Positions 50,451-64,000 of a DNA stretch of 64,000 nucleotides are shown here, in pieces (positions within the stretch are counted from its first letter, which is position 1; the number at the start of each line of letters is the position of its first letter). The notes beneath the pieces are model-generated. The model was not told the origin of the DNA and ran no database searches. It saw only the letters and a list, made by a program, of their open reading frames with translations. Both the position numbers and the translations under genes were made by a program. Origin of the DNA: Raja brachyura (taxonomy: Eukaryota); contig OY740783.1 of assembly GCA_963514005.1 (NCBI GenBank), positions 103,540,001-103,604,000 of the forward strand, given 5' to 3'.

Positions 50451-51235
50451 CAAAAAAGCGAAGGAGTGGTGTCACCACGATAAAATGTTCACACAAAAAG
50501 AATGTAATACCATCCTGAGGAACAATCCGAGGCGTGACAGGATTTTGGGCTCTGATGCATTGTTGATATGTTCCACCATTTCCCACTGACTGTAGGCCAT
50601 TGGAAACAACCTTCACACCAAGGTTTACTTCTCTTTGCAAAATAAAATGCATTTGCTTTGCTTCAACTTCACATTGCAGTAAAGTAATTCTGAATAGTTC
50701 CTTTGAAGTCAAACTTTTTTTCCCTCTGAGACCATGGCAACCAATAAATCACCTTGGGTTGAGAACAAATGATGTACTCCTTGCAAAATTGTACACAGTG
50801 TAGCCTTGACTCAATAGACTATCCTTGTATCTGAGTATTGCCCTTTGTGCATGTTGATGGCCAGGTATCTTTGTCAACATTTAATTGAGTGATTGATCTA
50901 ATTTTGTGAATAACTTTGAGCCTGCTAACTCGATAGACAAATCTTGTAAAGTGGTTAGTGATATAAAAGGAAATCAGAAGGGCAAAAAGTGAGCAGGAGA
51001 TGATGATTTTATGTACATAAATACATAAAATGAAAGAGGGTGACTAGAGAGAGAGAGAGGGTGTGGCGGGGGAGGGGGCACTATTCAAAACCAAGGCAGG
51101 CATCTCTGTGTGGAGCCAAAGGAGATGGGCAGGGTCCTTAATAGTATTACTCCTATGTGTTTACTGTGTTGAAAGATGTGAAGACTGGGGAAGTTAGGAC
51201 AGTTAATGGAAGTGTCTTGAGCAGAGTCAATATAT

Positions 51236-51597
51236 TAAGTAGTAGTAGTAGTAGTCATGACAGACCATGGGTGATGCATCCTAGTTTGTCGGATGCAAGC
51301 CTGGGCAATGTCATATGGAGGACAGGCTGTTGCCCATGCAGCACGTCCCCCATCTCCACGTCGCTGATCGAGCCAAAGGAACAGCAGGGCTGTTACAGTT
51401 TGGCACCAGCGCCGTCGCAGGAGCTGCCAGAGCAACGAACTGCCTTAGGGACTCCGACTCCGGATTTTCTTGAAGTTTACTCCTGGAGCCTATTCCATGA
51501 CTGATATGGCCACAAGGCAGGGAGGTTTTAAATCAGAGTTTTCCCTCTCCTAGATGGACTGCCTTCCCAGGCTGACGAGCCCCATCTGCCAAGTAGG
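51236..51597 (-). mobile_element. Short non-autonomous RTE-like retroposon with (TAC)n tail, inside a CR1 remnant
   Basis: 13-bp TSD agagtcaatatat at 51223-51235 and 51598-51610; 5' end ctcgtcagcctgggaaggcagtccatctaggagagggaaaactctga resembles RTE 5' UTRs. Confidence 0.6.
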
Positions 51598-53120
51598 AGA
51601 GTCAATATATATTGTCAAAGATGTGCTGAACATTTTAAGACGAATGAAGGTGGATAAATCTCCCAGGCCAGATCAGATATATTTGAGGACACTGTGGGAA
51701 GCTAAAGAAGAATTTGTCTATCTACCAGTGCACATACTTCCATAATTGCAATGAGTTTTGTTTTAATGAAATAATGTCCTCATTAATTGTCTCATTCTGC
51801 ACTAGCTCCTTGTCCCAATTGTACAGTGTCATTTCTTCCCAACAGCTTCTGTACAACTTTGCTGAACAAGACCGTCCTCTGCTTTGTGTGGGACAAATGG
51901 ACTCAGCTCATGTGTTTTTAGACCATTCTCTATCAGATGTACTGCCATTTAGACTTCAATATCATGTTGTGTGGGTCTCTCTCAATATCAATTCCTTTGA
52001 TTTCCGGGACTTTGTTTACTTTGAATAACATTGGGTCCTCTGTCACTTTAACTGTTAAATTAAACCAGACTTTCATTTCTTTGGGCTTCAGATAACCTAC
52101 CCACCCCCACCCCTCACAACCCCCATGCACATATCCGGTAAATATTCCACTGCTAACACTGAAATAAAGTAAAAAATACAGGGAGCTGGGAGTAGAATTC
52201 GATGGTGTGATTTTCACAAAGTGGAGTTAAGTGTATGGCTACACAGAGGTTCTATCACCAGAGTAATAATCCAGAGTAATAATGGGCTATAAATCTGGAA
52301 GCATGACTTGAAATCCTGCTGCAGCGACTGTGTATGTCAGCTCATATCAGTTACATTGGCCATGAAATATTGTAGAAGTCCCACCTGGTTGAATTTTATC
52401 CTTGAGATCCACATTTGAGTCGCCTCATGTATGATTCCAATTACAGTACAAAGGGCTTGACCCTTAACCACATTGTGACGTAGTCTACTCAATACAGGGA
52501 TAATTAGCGATGTTCAGGAAATGTTGGAATTGCATGCAGGGAATGCATCTCCACAATATTTTTAAATCAAAAACTTTTCCCCTATTTGTAAATGAAAATT
52601 AAATGCTAAAGAATAACTATTTTTAATGGAGCACATCATTTCCATGTATTGAGCCATTTCACACTGGAGAAAGACACAAGTCTGAAGAAGAGTCTCGACC
52701 CAAAACATCACCCATTCCATCTCTCCAGAGATGCTGCCTGTCCCACTGAGTTACTCCAGCATTTTGTGTATATCACACAGGAGATCTGCATGGGGTACTT
52801 ATTTTATGTGAGCGGCAATGTCTGATTCATTTTGTGCGATGAATCATGTCATGCAGTGAGCCTTCTTGTTGTCTGTAAATTTGTAACACAGTGAAGCTAT
52901 ACGGTTGCCCAAGCAAAACGAATGAATGGATGAATCTTGACTGGCATTTTAATAAAAGTTCTCATCTTATTCAAATGATGCAGAGCCTGGGAACACATTT
53001 AGACCGCAGACATCTTAAGTTCAATAACTTCAACAACAATTATTCCTAGTTATATTTTGGAATATAGCAACATTAAAAAAGAAAATGAAACTGAATCATA
53101 TTAGGACAGATGATCAAACA

Positions 53121-53438
53121 TTTAGTTTAGTTTAGTTTAGTTTAGAGATACAATGCGTAAACAGGCCCTTCGGCCCACCGAGTCCACACTGAGCAGTGAC
53201 CCCTGCACATTAACACTATCCTACACACATTAGGGACAATTTACACTTTAACCAAGCCAATTAACCTACAAACCCGTACATCTTTGAAGTGTGGGAAGAA
53301 ACCGAAGATCTCGGAGAAAACCCACGCGGTCACGGGGAGAATGTACAAACTCTGTACAGACAGCACCTGATTGCGGAATCGAACCCGGGTCTCCAGCGCT
53401 GCAGGCGCTGTAAGGCAGGAACTCTACTGCTGTACCAC
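53121..53438 (-). mobile_element. HE1-type SINE with (CTAAA)n tail
   Basis: Near-complete copy with B box ggttcgattcc on the minus strand. Confidence 0.85.
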
Positions 53439-54430
53439 ATTTGTCAAATGTACAGGTTTTAAGGAAAAGCGTAAATGAGGAAAAAACACAAAGGTTTAGG
53501 GAGGCGGAGATCTGGGAAGCTAAAGGTGCAATTGCCAATTGCAGAGCACTTGAATTCAGGGTTAATCGAGAGTTCAGATTTGGCAGAGTGTGGTACCTCA
53601 AAAGGATTGTGGAGCAGGATGAGATAGAAAGAGACAAGATCACGAAGGGCTGTGAAAATGCAAGATGAAACATTTTCAAATTTTGGCATGTGATGAAAAT
53701 CAAATAGGACCTTTATTAATACATGAATATAAGGAGGGGAAATAGGTGATATGTATTTTTATACTCTCTTTCATGACATAGCCAATGAGGTATTATTGTA
53801 GGCATATAAAATGTGTGAAACCTGACATCCAATTTGTGCATATCAAGCTCCCACAAACCACAATACAATAATAATCAGATCATCTGTTGCTGGAAGGATA
53901 TTTTGGTCTGAGCATCAGTGATATCTCCCCTGAAATGGTGTTATAGATTTTTCTACATTTCTGTCTCAGAGGGTGCTTGGTTTCACATAACACCTTCAAC
54001 ATTCCAGAGACAGACAAGTTACTAAAATGACACATGAATCTCGAGCTTTTAACAGGAGTGCAACCCACTGACTCACAGCCAATAATGGAAAAAAAACCAG
54101 ACAGGCACAAAAAGCTGGAGTAAATCAGTGGGTCAGATAGCATCTCTGGAGAAAAGAAGTAGATAACATTTCAGATTGAGTGTCAGGTGAAAGGCAAACG
54201 AGAAATATAGATGGTGATATAGAGAGATATAGAATATTGTAACCTTTTTGCATGTCTTTCATTCATGTGTTCTGTATCTCTCTATATCTCTCAACCAGAA
54301 ACGTCACATATTATTTTTCTCCAGAGATGCTGTCTGACACGCCGTGTTCCTCCAGCTTTTTGTGTCTATCCAGTTTAGCCAGCATCTGCAGTTCCTTCCT
54401 ACATACAATGGAAAAACAATATTTCTCTTA

Positions 54431-55519
<1,089 letters not shown>

Positions 55520-58500
55520 CTACTTCTTCTGAAAATAAGACTGCAAAATCTTCTGAATCCAATTACAAAATAAATTGAATATACCTCCATGACAAACTAT
55601 TGCAGGACGAGTAATGTGAGTTGCTATTGAATCATATACATTTGAAAACTGACTATATCAAGGAGAAAAATGAGAAATGCATTGTGGCAGATTAATAATT
55701 TTCATCAACATTTTATTGTAAACTTTAGTCCCATAATTTTGAAAACCACCAAATAGAACTACAGCGTCAACACATTTTCTTAAATAATAAAGAAATACAA
55801 TAATTACACCCAGTAACTATTTGGCAAAAGAAAGACAGGATTGTTGGAGAAGTGAAGTTAGGAGGTGTAGTCATCAGTCGGCTTCCCTTTTCTCTTCCTG
55901 CCCTTCCCTGCTTCATTTTCGCACAGTGCTTAGTTCCATGTGTTAGTATTGTGCATTTCACTCAGAGAAAGCACAGTGAGAATGTGGGATTGTCTCCCCT
56001 AGACGGTGTGAGTGAAAGCACTTTTTCATTAATATTGCATTCTGACTATAATTAATGGCAATGTATGCACCATCCAATGTCATAGTGGAATTGAAGTACT
56101 GTTCCTTAACTTACAATACTTCCTCCCAATAAGAAATCGCAGACCAGTCAGTATGAATTGAGAATGACATTCAACTATGTAGGGAAAAACTGAAAACAAA
56201 AAAATATATATAGTTGATCAGATTAGGAGAATGTGGGAAAGAGTTTAAGGTTCATAATACATTCACTCACACAGTAGTAAAGCCTCAACTACCTAAAAAC
56301 TCCAGAGATATAATAGAGCTGTTAAAATCATGGGCATTATGTGAGGATATAACCAGGAGAAATTGTTTCTGACTGCAGAACCACTGGGTGGCACCATCAG
56401 CAATGGCAGCCTCACCAACGGTGAAACTTTTTTTCAATCTCTAACCTTGCTGGAGATGCAATTGTTTCCCGGATCATATCTCCGGTTGCCCTGCGGCCTA
56501 ATATCATGGATCCGGCGGCCTTGCTCGAGACTGACTGAGCCACACTGCGGGGCCGTGGACACGATCGGATTTAAACATCAAGGAGCTTGCAGTCTCGGGT
56601 AGAGGCTGATGTCGGGAGGTTTGACTAGCCCCAACCTGGGGTCCGATCACCCGGCGCGGGGAGCTAAGATCCCCCCATGCGGGAGCTTGATCGCCCCGTT
56701 GGAGAGGGCCCGACCGCCGTCTATGGTAGCAAAGATCGTCCCATTAACGGAAAGCTCAAGGCGCCTGACCGTGGGAGAACAAAGAAGGGAAGAGATTGAA
56801 CTTTTTTGTTTTCGCCTTCCATCACAGTGAGGAATGTGGAGGAGTCACTGTGGTGGATGTTTATATTAAAATGTATTTTGCGTGTTTTGTTGCTTTTTGT
56901 TCCCCTTCAACTTGTGCACCACCTTGACTTGGAAAGATCTCACTGATCATTCATTGTTTTTGGGTCTTAATCCTGGTTGTTTCTACCTAACATCATCTGG
57001 GACTACTTCACCAGAATCCTTCAGCAGTTCTAGAAGATGGCTCACTACTGCCTTCTCGGGGGGGGGGGGGGGGGGGGGGGGGAGGGGATTATGGATGGGC
57101 AATAAATGATGGCCTTGCCTACAGCGCCCAGATCCTGTAAAATGGTTGCAGAAATTGTGTTGGACCTACTGAAGAGTGTTTCCTTGAATCATGACAGGCA
57201 TGTTGGAGTTTTTCTGTGGTGTAACAGAAGGGTCTTGCACCGAAACATCACCACTGAGTTTCAGTTTTATTGTCAGATTGTAATTGGTGGCACTGTTTTA
57301 AACACATTATCCAAGACCATTGGATAATTATAACCCTACTTCCTACATTGCTCATTACTTCTTTTCAATTCCTTGGGATAAGTTTAGAAAACAGTACTGC
57401 GATTACATGTACAAACACATGGAGCATATACAAGTCACAGTTAGGGAGACCTTCAAATAAACAGAGAAACAGCAGGGAAATTGAAATAACTGAAGGTTAT
57501 AATGGTAATAATAGAGTACAAACCTTGAAAAAACCTTGAAGAAAGTACTGAGTCCTGAACATGCAGAAACAATTACTCTTGGAGACAAAGAGCTTTGTGA
57601 ATGCCCAATTGTGGTATGCCAATGAAACCCGTTATGAGCGTGTTACATCGGTCAAACTGCTCCAAGGACTCAGATGCTTTTAATATCTTTTAACATTTCT
57701 CAGGTTTTAAATGATTGCAACAGTTATTTGAGATGCACAAGGTAATATTTTTTCTCTCTCTGTTGTCCATGGATCTTCCCAATTACTGCATCTTATGTTC
57801 CTACAGGCAATTCTTCATGCTGAATGTAACTTTTGTCTCAGCAAGGAGTAGTTGCTTCTCACATAATTCTATTTAGCCCATGTTCTCAACAGATTCAGAC
57901 AATACCTACATTTTTTAAATCAGAATTGCCCAGAAGGTTACTGTGGAGTTTATGGATTATCTCTGATGACTGTAAATTTTCAGATCGTTTCTGAAATGCA
58001 TTACTGGAACACTGATAATCAGCATATTTTTTTCCTGTATAACTCAACTCTGTTAGCATAATAATTTGTTTGCACAAAGCACGTTAAAAATAATCCAACA
58101 GCTCTTGTAAATAAATGAATATCTTTGAAATCATAGGAAAATATTCATTATGAAAATGGTATCCACCTCTTAAGAATTCAAAATGAGGAAACTTTATCGC
58201 ATGTAATAAAATTACCATTGCATAATGCCTTACCATGCAAAGTGCTTCAGAGCATCAAGTAATTTTGAAGAGTAGTAAATGTTGTTACATAGCCACACGG
58301 CCACTACTGCATTATCCTACTAGCCACCAATTATTAGTAAATGTTAAAAATGTAAAAGAAGATTGCTAACTTTCAAATGTTGGAAGTTATTACTTAGAAA
58401 CTGGAAAGATTTTATTTCTGTGGTGTTTTATTTCCTTGTAACTGAAAATACCAAGGTCTAAAATGCAAGAATGAGAAAATCGAAGAAATACAGTACATCT

Positions 58501-59182
58501 TTTAATTTGTTCACCTTTGTTCCCTTCTCTTATTAAATGCATTATCGTGTATTAAATGTATACCAGGTTGGCTAGATGGCAGAAGGCAAAGAATGGCAAT
58601 AAAGGCAGCTTTATCTGGTTGGCTGCCAGTGACTAGCAGAGTTCCGCAGGGCTTGGTGCTGGGACCGCTGCTCTTCATGTCGTATATTAATGATTGAAGG
58701 TTTTGAGACCAAGTTTGCGGATTATATGAAAATAGGTGAAGGGTCAGGTGGTGTAGAGAAAACAGGGTCTCTGCAGAAGGATGTTGATAGGTTGGGAGAG
58801 AGGACAGAGAAGTGGCAGATGCAATATGGTGTAGCAAAAAGTGGAGTCATTTGGTAGTAGGAATAAAGGCGTAGATTATTTTCTAAATGGGGAGAGAATC
58901 CAGAAATCAGAGGTGCAAAGGGACTTGGGAGTGCTGGTGCAGGATTCCCAAAAGTTAACCTACAATAACATAAAATCTGCTGGAAAGAGAGTTTGTGTTA
59001 ATGAAAGTAATATTTTAAGTGCCAAATAATAATTATTTTTCAGCATGTTTTGTATGTATCCAATGGGTAAGTGTGACAATTTCACAGATCTGTGTGTTTT
59101 AATATTGAACATCTTTATGACATATCAGTGCAGTGAAGCTGTGTTGTGTACGTGCATGCTGGAGCTTTGTATCTAATTTAAT

Positions 59183-59870
59183 TTAGTTTCTGTAGTCATA
59201 CAAACAAGAAAAGAACCAAGACACAACACAATTGACACAAACATCCATCACAGTGAATGTCCTCCTCACTGTGATGGAAGGCAAAGTCTTATCTCTCCCC
59301 TGCACTTCCCATTCTTCTCCCATTGTCAGAGTCAAAGCCCCCGGTGGGTGATGGTAAATATGTCCCGCGGCCATTAAGCCGCGCCGGGCGATGTAAGGCC
59401 CCGCTCCAGGTCATTTTCAACCCCGCATCTCGTGCGGGAGAAGTTGTTGCCGCGGGAGCTCCGAAAAGCGGTCTCCCACCAGGGACCCGCAAGCTACCGT
59501 CCACCGGCCTGCAGCTGGACCCTCCGAATCTCCGGGGTCAGGCAGCAGTAGCGCCCCATCACAGCTCCTCCCGTTCCTAACTCGGCCAGCTCCACGATGG
59601 TGAGTAGTCTGCATGCTCCGCCACTGGAGCCCCAGGTCCGGTTGGAGGCCGCTTCACGGTGCTAGGCCCCAACGACAACGGAGACCCGACAGAGGAAAGG
59701 TCGGGTCCTGCTTACAGGGAAAAGATTTAAATAGTTTCCCCCACCCCGCCCCCCCACCCCCCACACATATCCAGCTAAAAAAAAAACACTAACTACACTC
59801 AAACGGGACAAAATATTTAAAAAAGACAGACGGACTGCAGAGGCCGCTGCGACGAGAGTCGCGCCGCCCA
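59183..59870 (-). mobile_element. GC-rich non-coding retroposon (non-autonomous LINE derivative); relatives at 586-985 (-) and 56387-56895 (+)
   Basis: CpG-rich body; shared ccatcacagtg...cactgtg(a/g)tggatgttt hairpin near the 3' end; the 586-985 copy ends in a LINE-type tail. Confidence 0.55.
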
Positions 59871-60811
59871 ACACGATGTTCATGAGGCATTTGTGGTATT
59901 CCCTGCCACAGAGGGCAGTGGAGGCCAAATCACTGGATTGATTTAAGAGAGAGTTAAATAGAGCTCTTGGGGCTAGTGGAATCAAGGGATATGGGGAGAA
60001 GGCAGGCACGGGTTATTGATTGGGGACGATCAGCCATGATCACAATGAATGGCGGTGCTGGCTCGAAAGGCCGAATGGCCTCCTCCTCCAACTATTTTCT
60101 ATGTTTCTTAAAGCAGATATATGAAATATGAACAATAAACTGCTGGAGGAACTCCGCATGTCAGGCAACATCAATGGAGGCATATGGAGAAATGAAATTC
60201 TGGGTTGGGACACTTCTTTCAGAGAAATGTATAATGAGAGAGAAAAACAGAATGTATCTTTTCTCATTTCAATCTGATTCTTAAAATCAATCCAATTGTA
60301 GAATCCGGTAAATCTCCTTCAGCAGGAAAGGAAGAGAGTGTGAAGAAACAATTGGTGACAATTAAGTACAGCCTGACCTTGTAATATACCTTCTGTGTGA
60401 GTCAGTGGGAGCCAAACACGTCAAATGTGTGGAGGTAAAGAGGACCATGAGTGAATAATTTTATGTTATAAAACGAGTGAGAGGATTTTATTATAGGACT
60501 GATATATTGGAAAGAAGGGGGGATATGTTTGCGGGCAAGCGAAGGAGAATTGGTAGTGGGCAAGATGTGAGGAATAATGGGGGGGGGGGGGGGGTAGCAA
60601 CACATGTTGAAGGCTCAGGATGGCAAGGGAAATGCGGAGGGCTTTATTTTCTCAACGAAATCCACCCAATATGTGTCAATCAGGACAATTTCTAGAAGTG
60701 AGGTTATTTTTTGTTTTTTCTATTTTGGGAAAAATTGCCTCAAAGCTGGTCCATCATCAATCCCTGGTGCAAAGGAGAATCAGCTTCAATAGTAATCAAT
60801 GAAATAAACTA

Positions 60812-61040
60812 TTAAAGAAGGAACTGCAGATGCTGGAGAATCGAGGGTACACAAAAGGCTGGAGAAACTTAGCGGGTGCAGCAGCATCTAAGGAGTGAAG
60901 GAGATAGGCGACGTTTCGGGTTGAGACCCTTCTTCAGACAGAAGGGTCTGAAGAAGGGTCTCGACCCGAAACGTCACCTATCTCCTTCGCTCCTTAGATG
61001 CTGCTGCACCCGCTGAGTTTCTCCAGCCTTTTGTGTACCC
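60812..61040. mobile_element. Short palindromic Penelope-derived element with hammerhead cores and a 15-bp TSD
   Basis: 95-bp arms 60845-60939 and 60946-61040; direct repeat caatgaaataaacta at 60797-60811 and 61040-61054. Confidence 0.8.
60944..60979 (+). ncRNA. Minimal type-I hammerhead ribozyme motif
   Basis: gggt-CTGAAGA-a-GGGTC-tc-GACCC-GAAA-c-GTC-acct: catalytic boxes, stem II and stem I pairing gggu/accu; predicted cut after 60975. Confidence 0.6.
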
Positions 61041-64000
61041 AATGAAATAAACTAGCTGTTTGGTTGAAGCATCACAGCCAGTAACAGGGGTATGGATGTC
61101 GTGGAATCAAATAGGAAGTAGGCAGAGATTAATTTAACTTGACATAATGTTCGGCAAGGACATAGTAGCCCAAAGGGCTTGTTCATGGGCTGTGCTCTTA
61201 ATAAATATTAATAAATAATGTAATTGCAAGCAGATACATACAACAGATGTTGTTTATTTCCTAGAAACCTTAACTGCTCTTGTCATCTGAAAATTTTATG
61301 AAAACATGCAAGCTTTAGTTTACAATGTTGAAATGAGTGGCAAGGGTGTATCCTGACTACTCTCTATAATCTTTCATCCCCTTCTCTTATCAAGAATCTG
61401 TCTGCCTCTGCATTGAAGATATCCAAAGACTCTACTACCATCGCTTTTCACAAACATAATTTAATTTAAGATTTAAGATGATCAAAAAAAAACCTAACTT
61501 ATCTTAAATGAGTGACTCCTTAGTTTTAACATTGAATTCTTGTTCCACAAGGGGAAAGATTCTCTTCTAATCCACTCAATCAAGACCTGTCAGGAACGAG
61601 TATGATTCAATCCAGTCACCTCTCACTCTTCCAAACCCTTTCCAACCTTTCTTCCAAATACAAACACACCACAAGGACCTACTAGGTTTCTTCTTGAATA
61701 ATTAGATTTATTATTGTACAGCTCAAATCGATTTTGAACACCAAATATCATATATTGTGGGTAGCTTCAAAGCCTTTCATATTTTTCATTCTGTTGGCAA
61801 TGATGCTGAAAACGTAATCTCAAACTTTTGCTCAGTCTACTTTCCAAAGTTAATCCTGAAATTCCCTTTGCTGATCTCTAGCATCAACTTCAGTCTTGTC
61901 AGCTGTCACTGTGCCTTTAAATTGATGTATGTATATAAAACATAACATATAATCCTCCTGATTAAATTAAGAGTGCAGGAGAAAATGTATCTGAAATTTT
62001 AAAAAAACATTTGAACTCGATCAAAGCTGTCAGCAAAATAATATATTTGCGACTTTTGTTGTGTTGCTATTTACCTAGAGAATTCCTTTGTAGTAGGCTG
62101 AACGTAATATTATCGCATGTGAACACAGATAGCAAAGGTCTTTATAGCTATTTTCAATCCAAAGTGATTTCCTGCAAAAATATCATGCATTTACAGTGTA
62201 TAGGCCTCAACATTCTCAGATATGCCCCATAACACTTGATGCCCACAATTCTGGAAACAATGGCCATCCCATCTTCTCAAAACAATACTGGGACGTGCAC
62301 ATCAAGGCCAAAAGCAACTTTAATCAAAGGTGAGTGACAATTTGTTTTCCAGTTTATTTGTTATATTAAGAGAAAAAAAAGGATTCCTGAAGACTTTGCA
62401 CTGATAGTGATCCATAAACCAACATGTTGTGTGTCAATGGCAGGAAATACAATATTTCAGCAAGGCTGCTCTGGATCAATGGTGTTAGTATTTTCAGCTC
62501 TTGTCATTATGCTCTTGTTATTTATGTCCTATGCACTGCATCTTTCACCCATCAGCAAATCCTTTCATTCTTTTCATCCTCTTGTCACTTCAGCTGCTAC
62601 TTCTAGTGCTGGCTTTCAAACACTGCTTTATCTTTGTTAAAACTTGCCCCCTCCAGCCTTCCTTTCTCAATTATTTTTAAATTCATACAACCAAGTTCTG
62701 GAATGAGGGTGCATTCTGATATTCCTACTACCTGGAGCTTTCTCATCTCTGGTGGTTCCGAAAGGTTGACACGGAGAATTTAAACATAACGTTTTGGCTT
62801 TCAAGTCCATCCAAGACTTTTTTGCCCCTATTCATCTGGTAAAATTAATCTCAGACACTATGACCATTCCTTAAACTACTGCTGCTTCTATTTCTGATGG
62901 AGGTGATATCACCCTCCTTTCTCTTTATCAGATGCAGCATACTTATTGCATGAATGTTTATTGTGTGAGTGCTGGCATTTGGAGAGCATTTGGGGAGCAC
63001 CTTCACCTTGGGCTCAGAAAATCACGGGTTCAAGTCCCACACTTGGAACATGAGTATAATAATCTAAGATGACACCAGCAAAGTACAGAAGTAATGTAGC
63101 AATGACAATCCAATGATCTTAACTTTTAGCCTCAGCCATTAGATATTTATTGAAGGTTTTATCTGCACTCTGATCTGCACTCAAAGATCCCACTGAATGT
63201 CAAAAAACAACATTTTTCCATCACCATAAATATGTTGTTGCCTAGAGCTTGCTGTGTGAAAAATTGAAAACCATATATTACCTGTGTAAATTCTTCAACT
63301 GTGAAGTATTTAGGAATTTATGCAAAAGTACTATAAAAAATTAAGCCATCATTATCATTCTGGATTATTAATAACTTTGCATGTTCTCCTACAGCACTCC
63401 TGGCTTATTTTAAGCCACTGCTTCTCGCCAACTTGCTGCTCTTTTACAAGATAACAAACATTCATCAGTTTTCATCCTTATAACTGATGCCTCTCTCCAT
63501 TCAGTTGCCAGGGCCCCTTTTAGACCAACTTCAACCTTGGCACCATCTTCACGGTTCAATCACATTGTTTCATGTGCAAAATGTTTTACTAAAGATGGAT
63601 GACAATTAGTATCAACATATTTTCCATGAAATCCAGTCACTTTGACAGTCTTTAGATTAATATTTAATCTACTAAAATATTAAAATGGCTGAGGCCCATT
63701 TGCCTGAACAGTGAAGGTTGTTAAATGTGAACAAAATCATGAAAGAGTTTGTTGTGGTGGGCATGGAGAAATTGTTTGCACTTGTCACGGTTGTACATAG
63801 GCAGATGTAACATGGAAACAGGACCTTTAGCCCACTGAGTTGTGCTGAACAGCAATCACACTAATCCTATATTAATCCCATTTCCCATCACCTCCCCACC
63901 CACATTCTCCCACTCATCTACAGACTAGAAGCTATTTACAACAGCCAATTAACCTACAGACCCACACCTCTTTGAAATGTGGCAAGTAACTGGAGTACCC

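Noticed and set aside
57058-57082. Long poly-G run (also ~60578-60594)
   Set aside because: Simple homopolymer of unreliable length with no supporting context.

Overview
Vertebrate genomic DNA, most likely from an elasmobranch (skate or ray), judged from HE1/V-SINEs, shark-type CR1 tails and Deu-SINE remnants. The window lies inside the NMDA-receptor subunit gene GRIN3A (minus strand). It holds two coding exons (55484-54437 and 8115-7970) separated by a ~46.3 kb repeat-rich intron. The intron carries two full-length, same-orientation DIRS-type tyrosine-recombinase retrotransposons: 29701-35022 (gag, RT/RNaseH/MT and YR ORFs all intact) and 37610-42804 (disrupted). It also carries CR1 and Rex1/Babar LINEs, Penelope-like remnants with hammerhead-ribozyme cores, a Helitron-like element, hAT and Harbinger MITEs and several foldback palindromes. 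The most notable observation is a phase-matched set of splice sites conserved in both DIRS copies. It predicts that Gag, Pol and the recombinase are all made from one short leader exon by alternative splicing. This is inferred from sequence only and needs RNA evidence.
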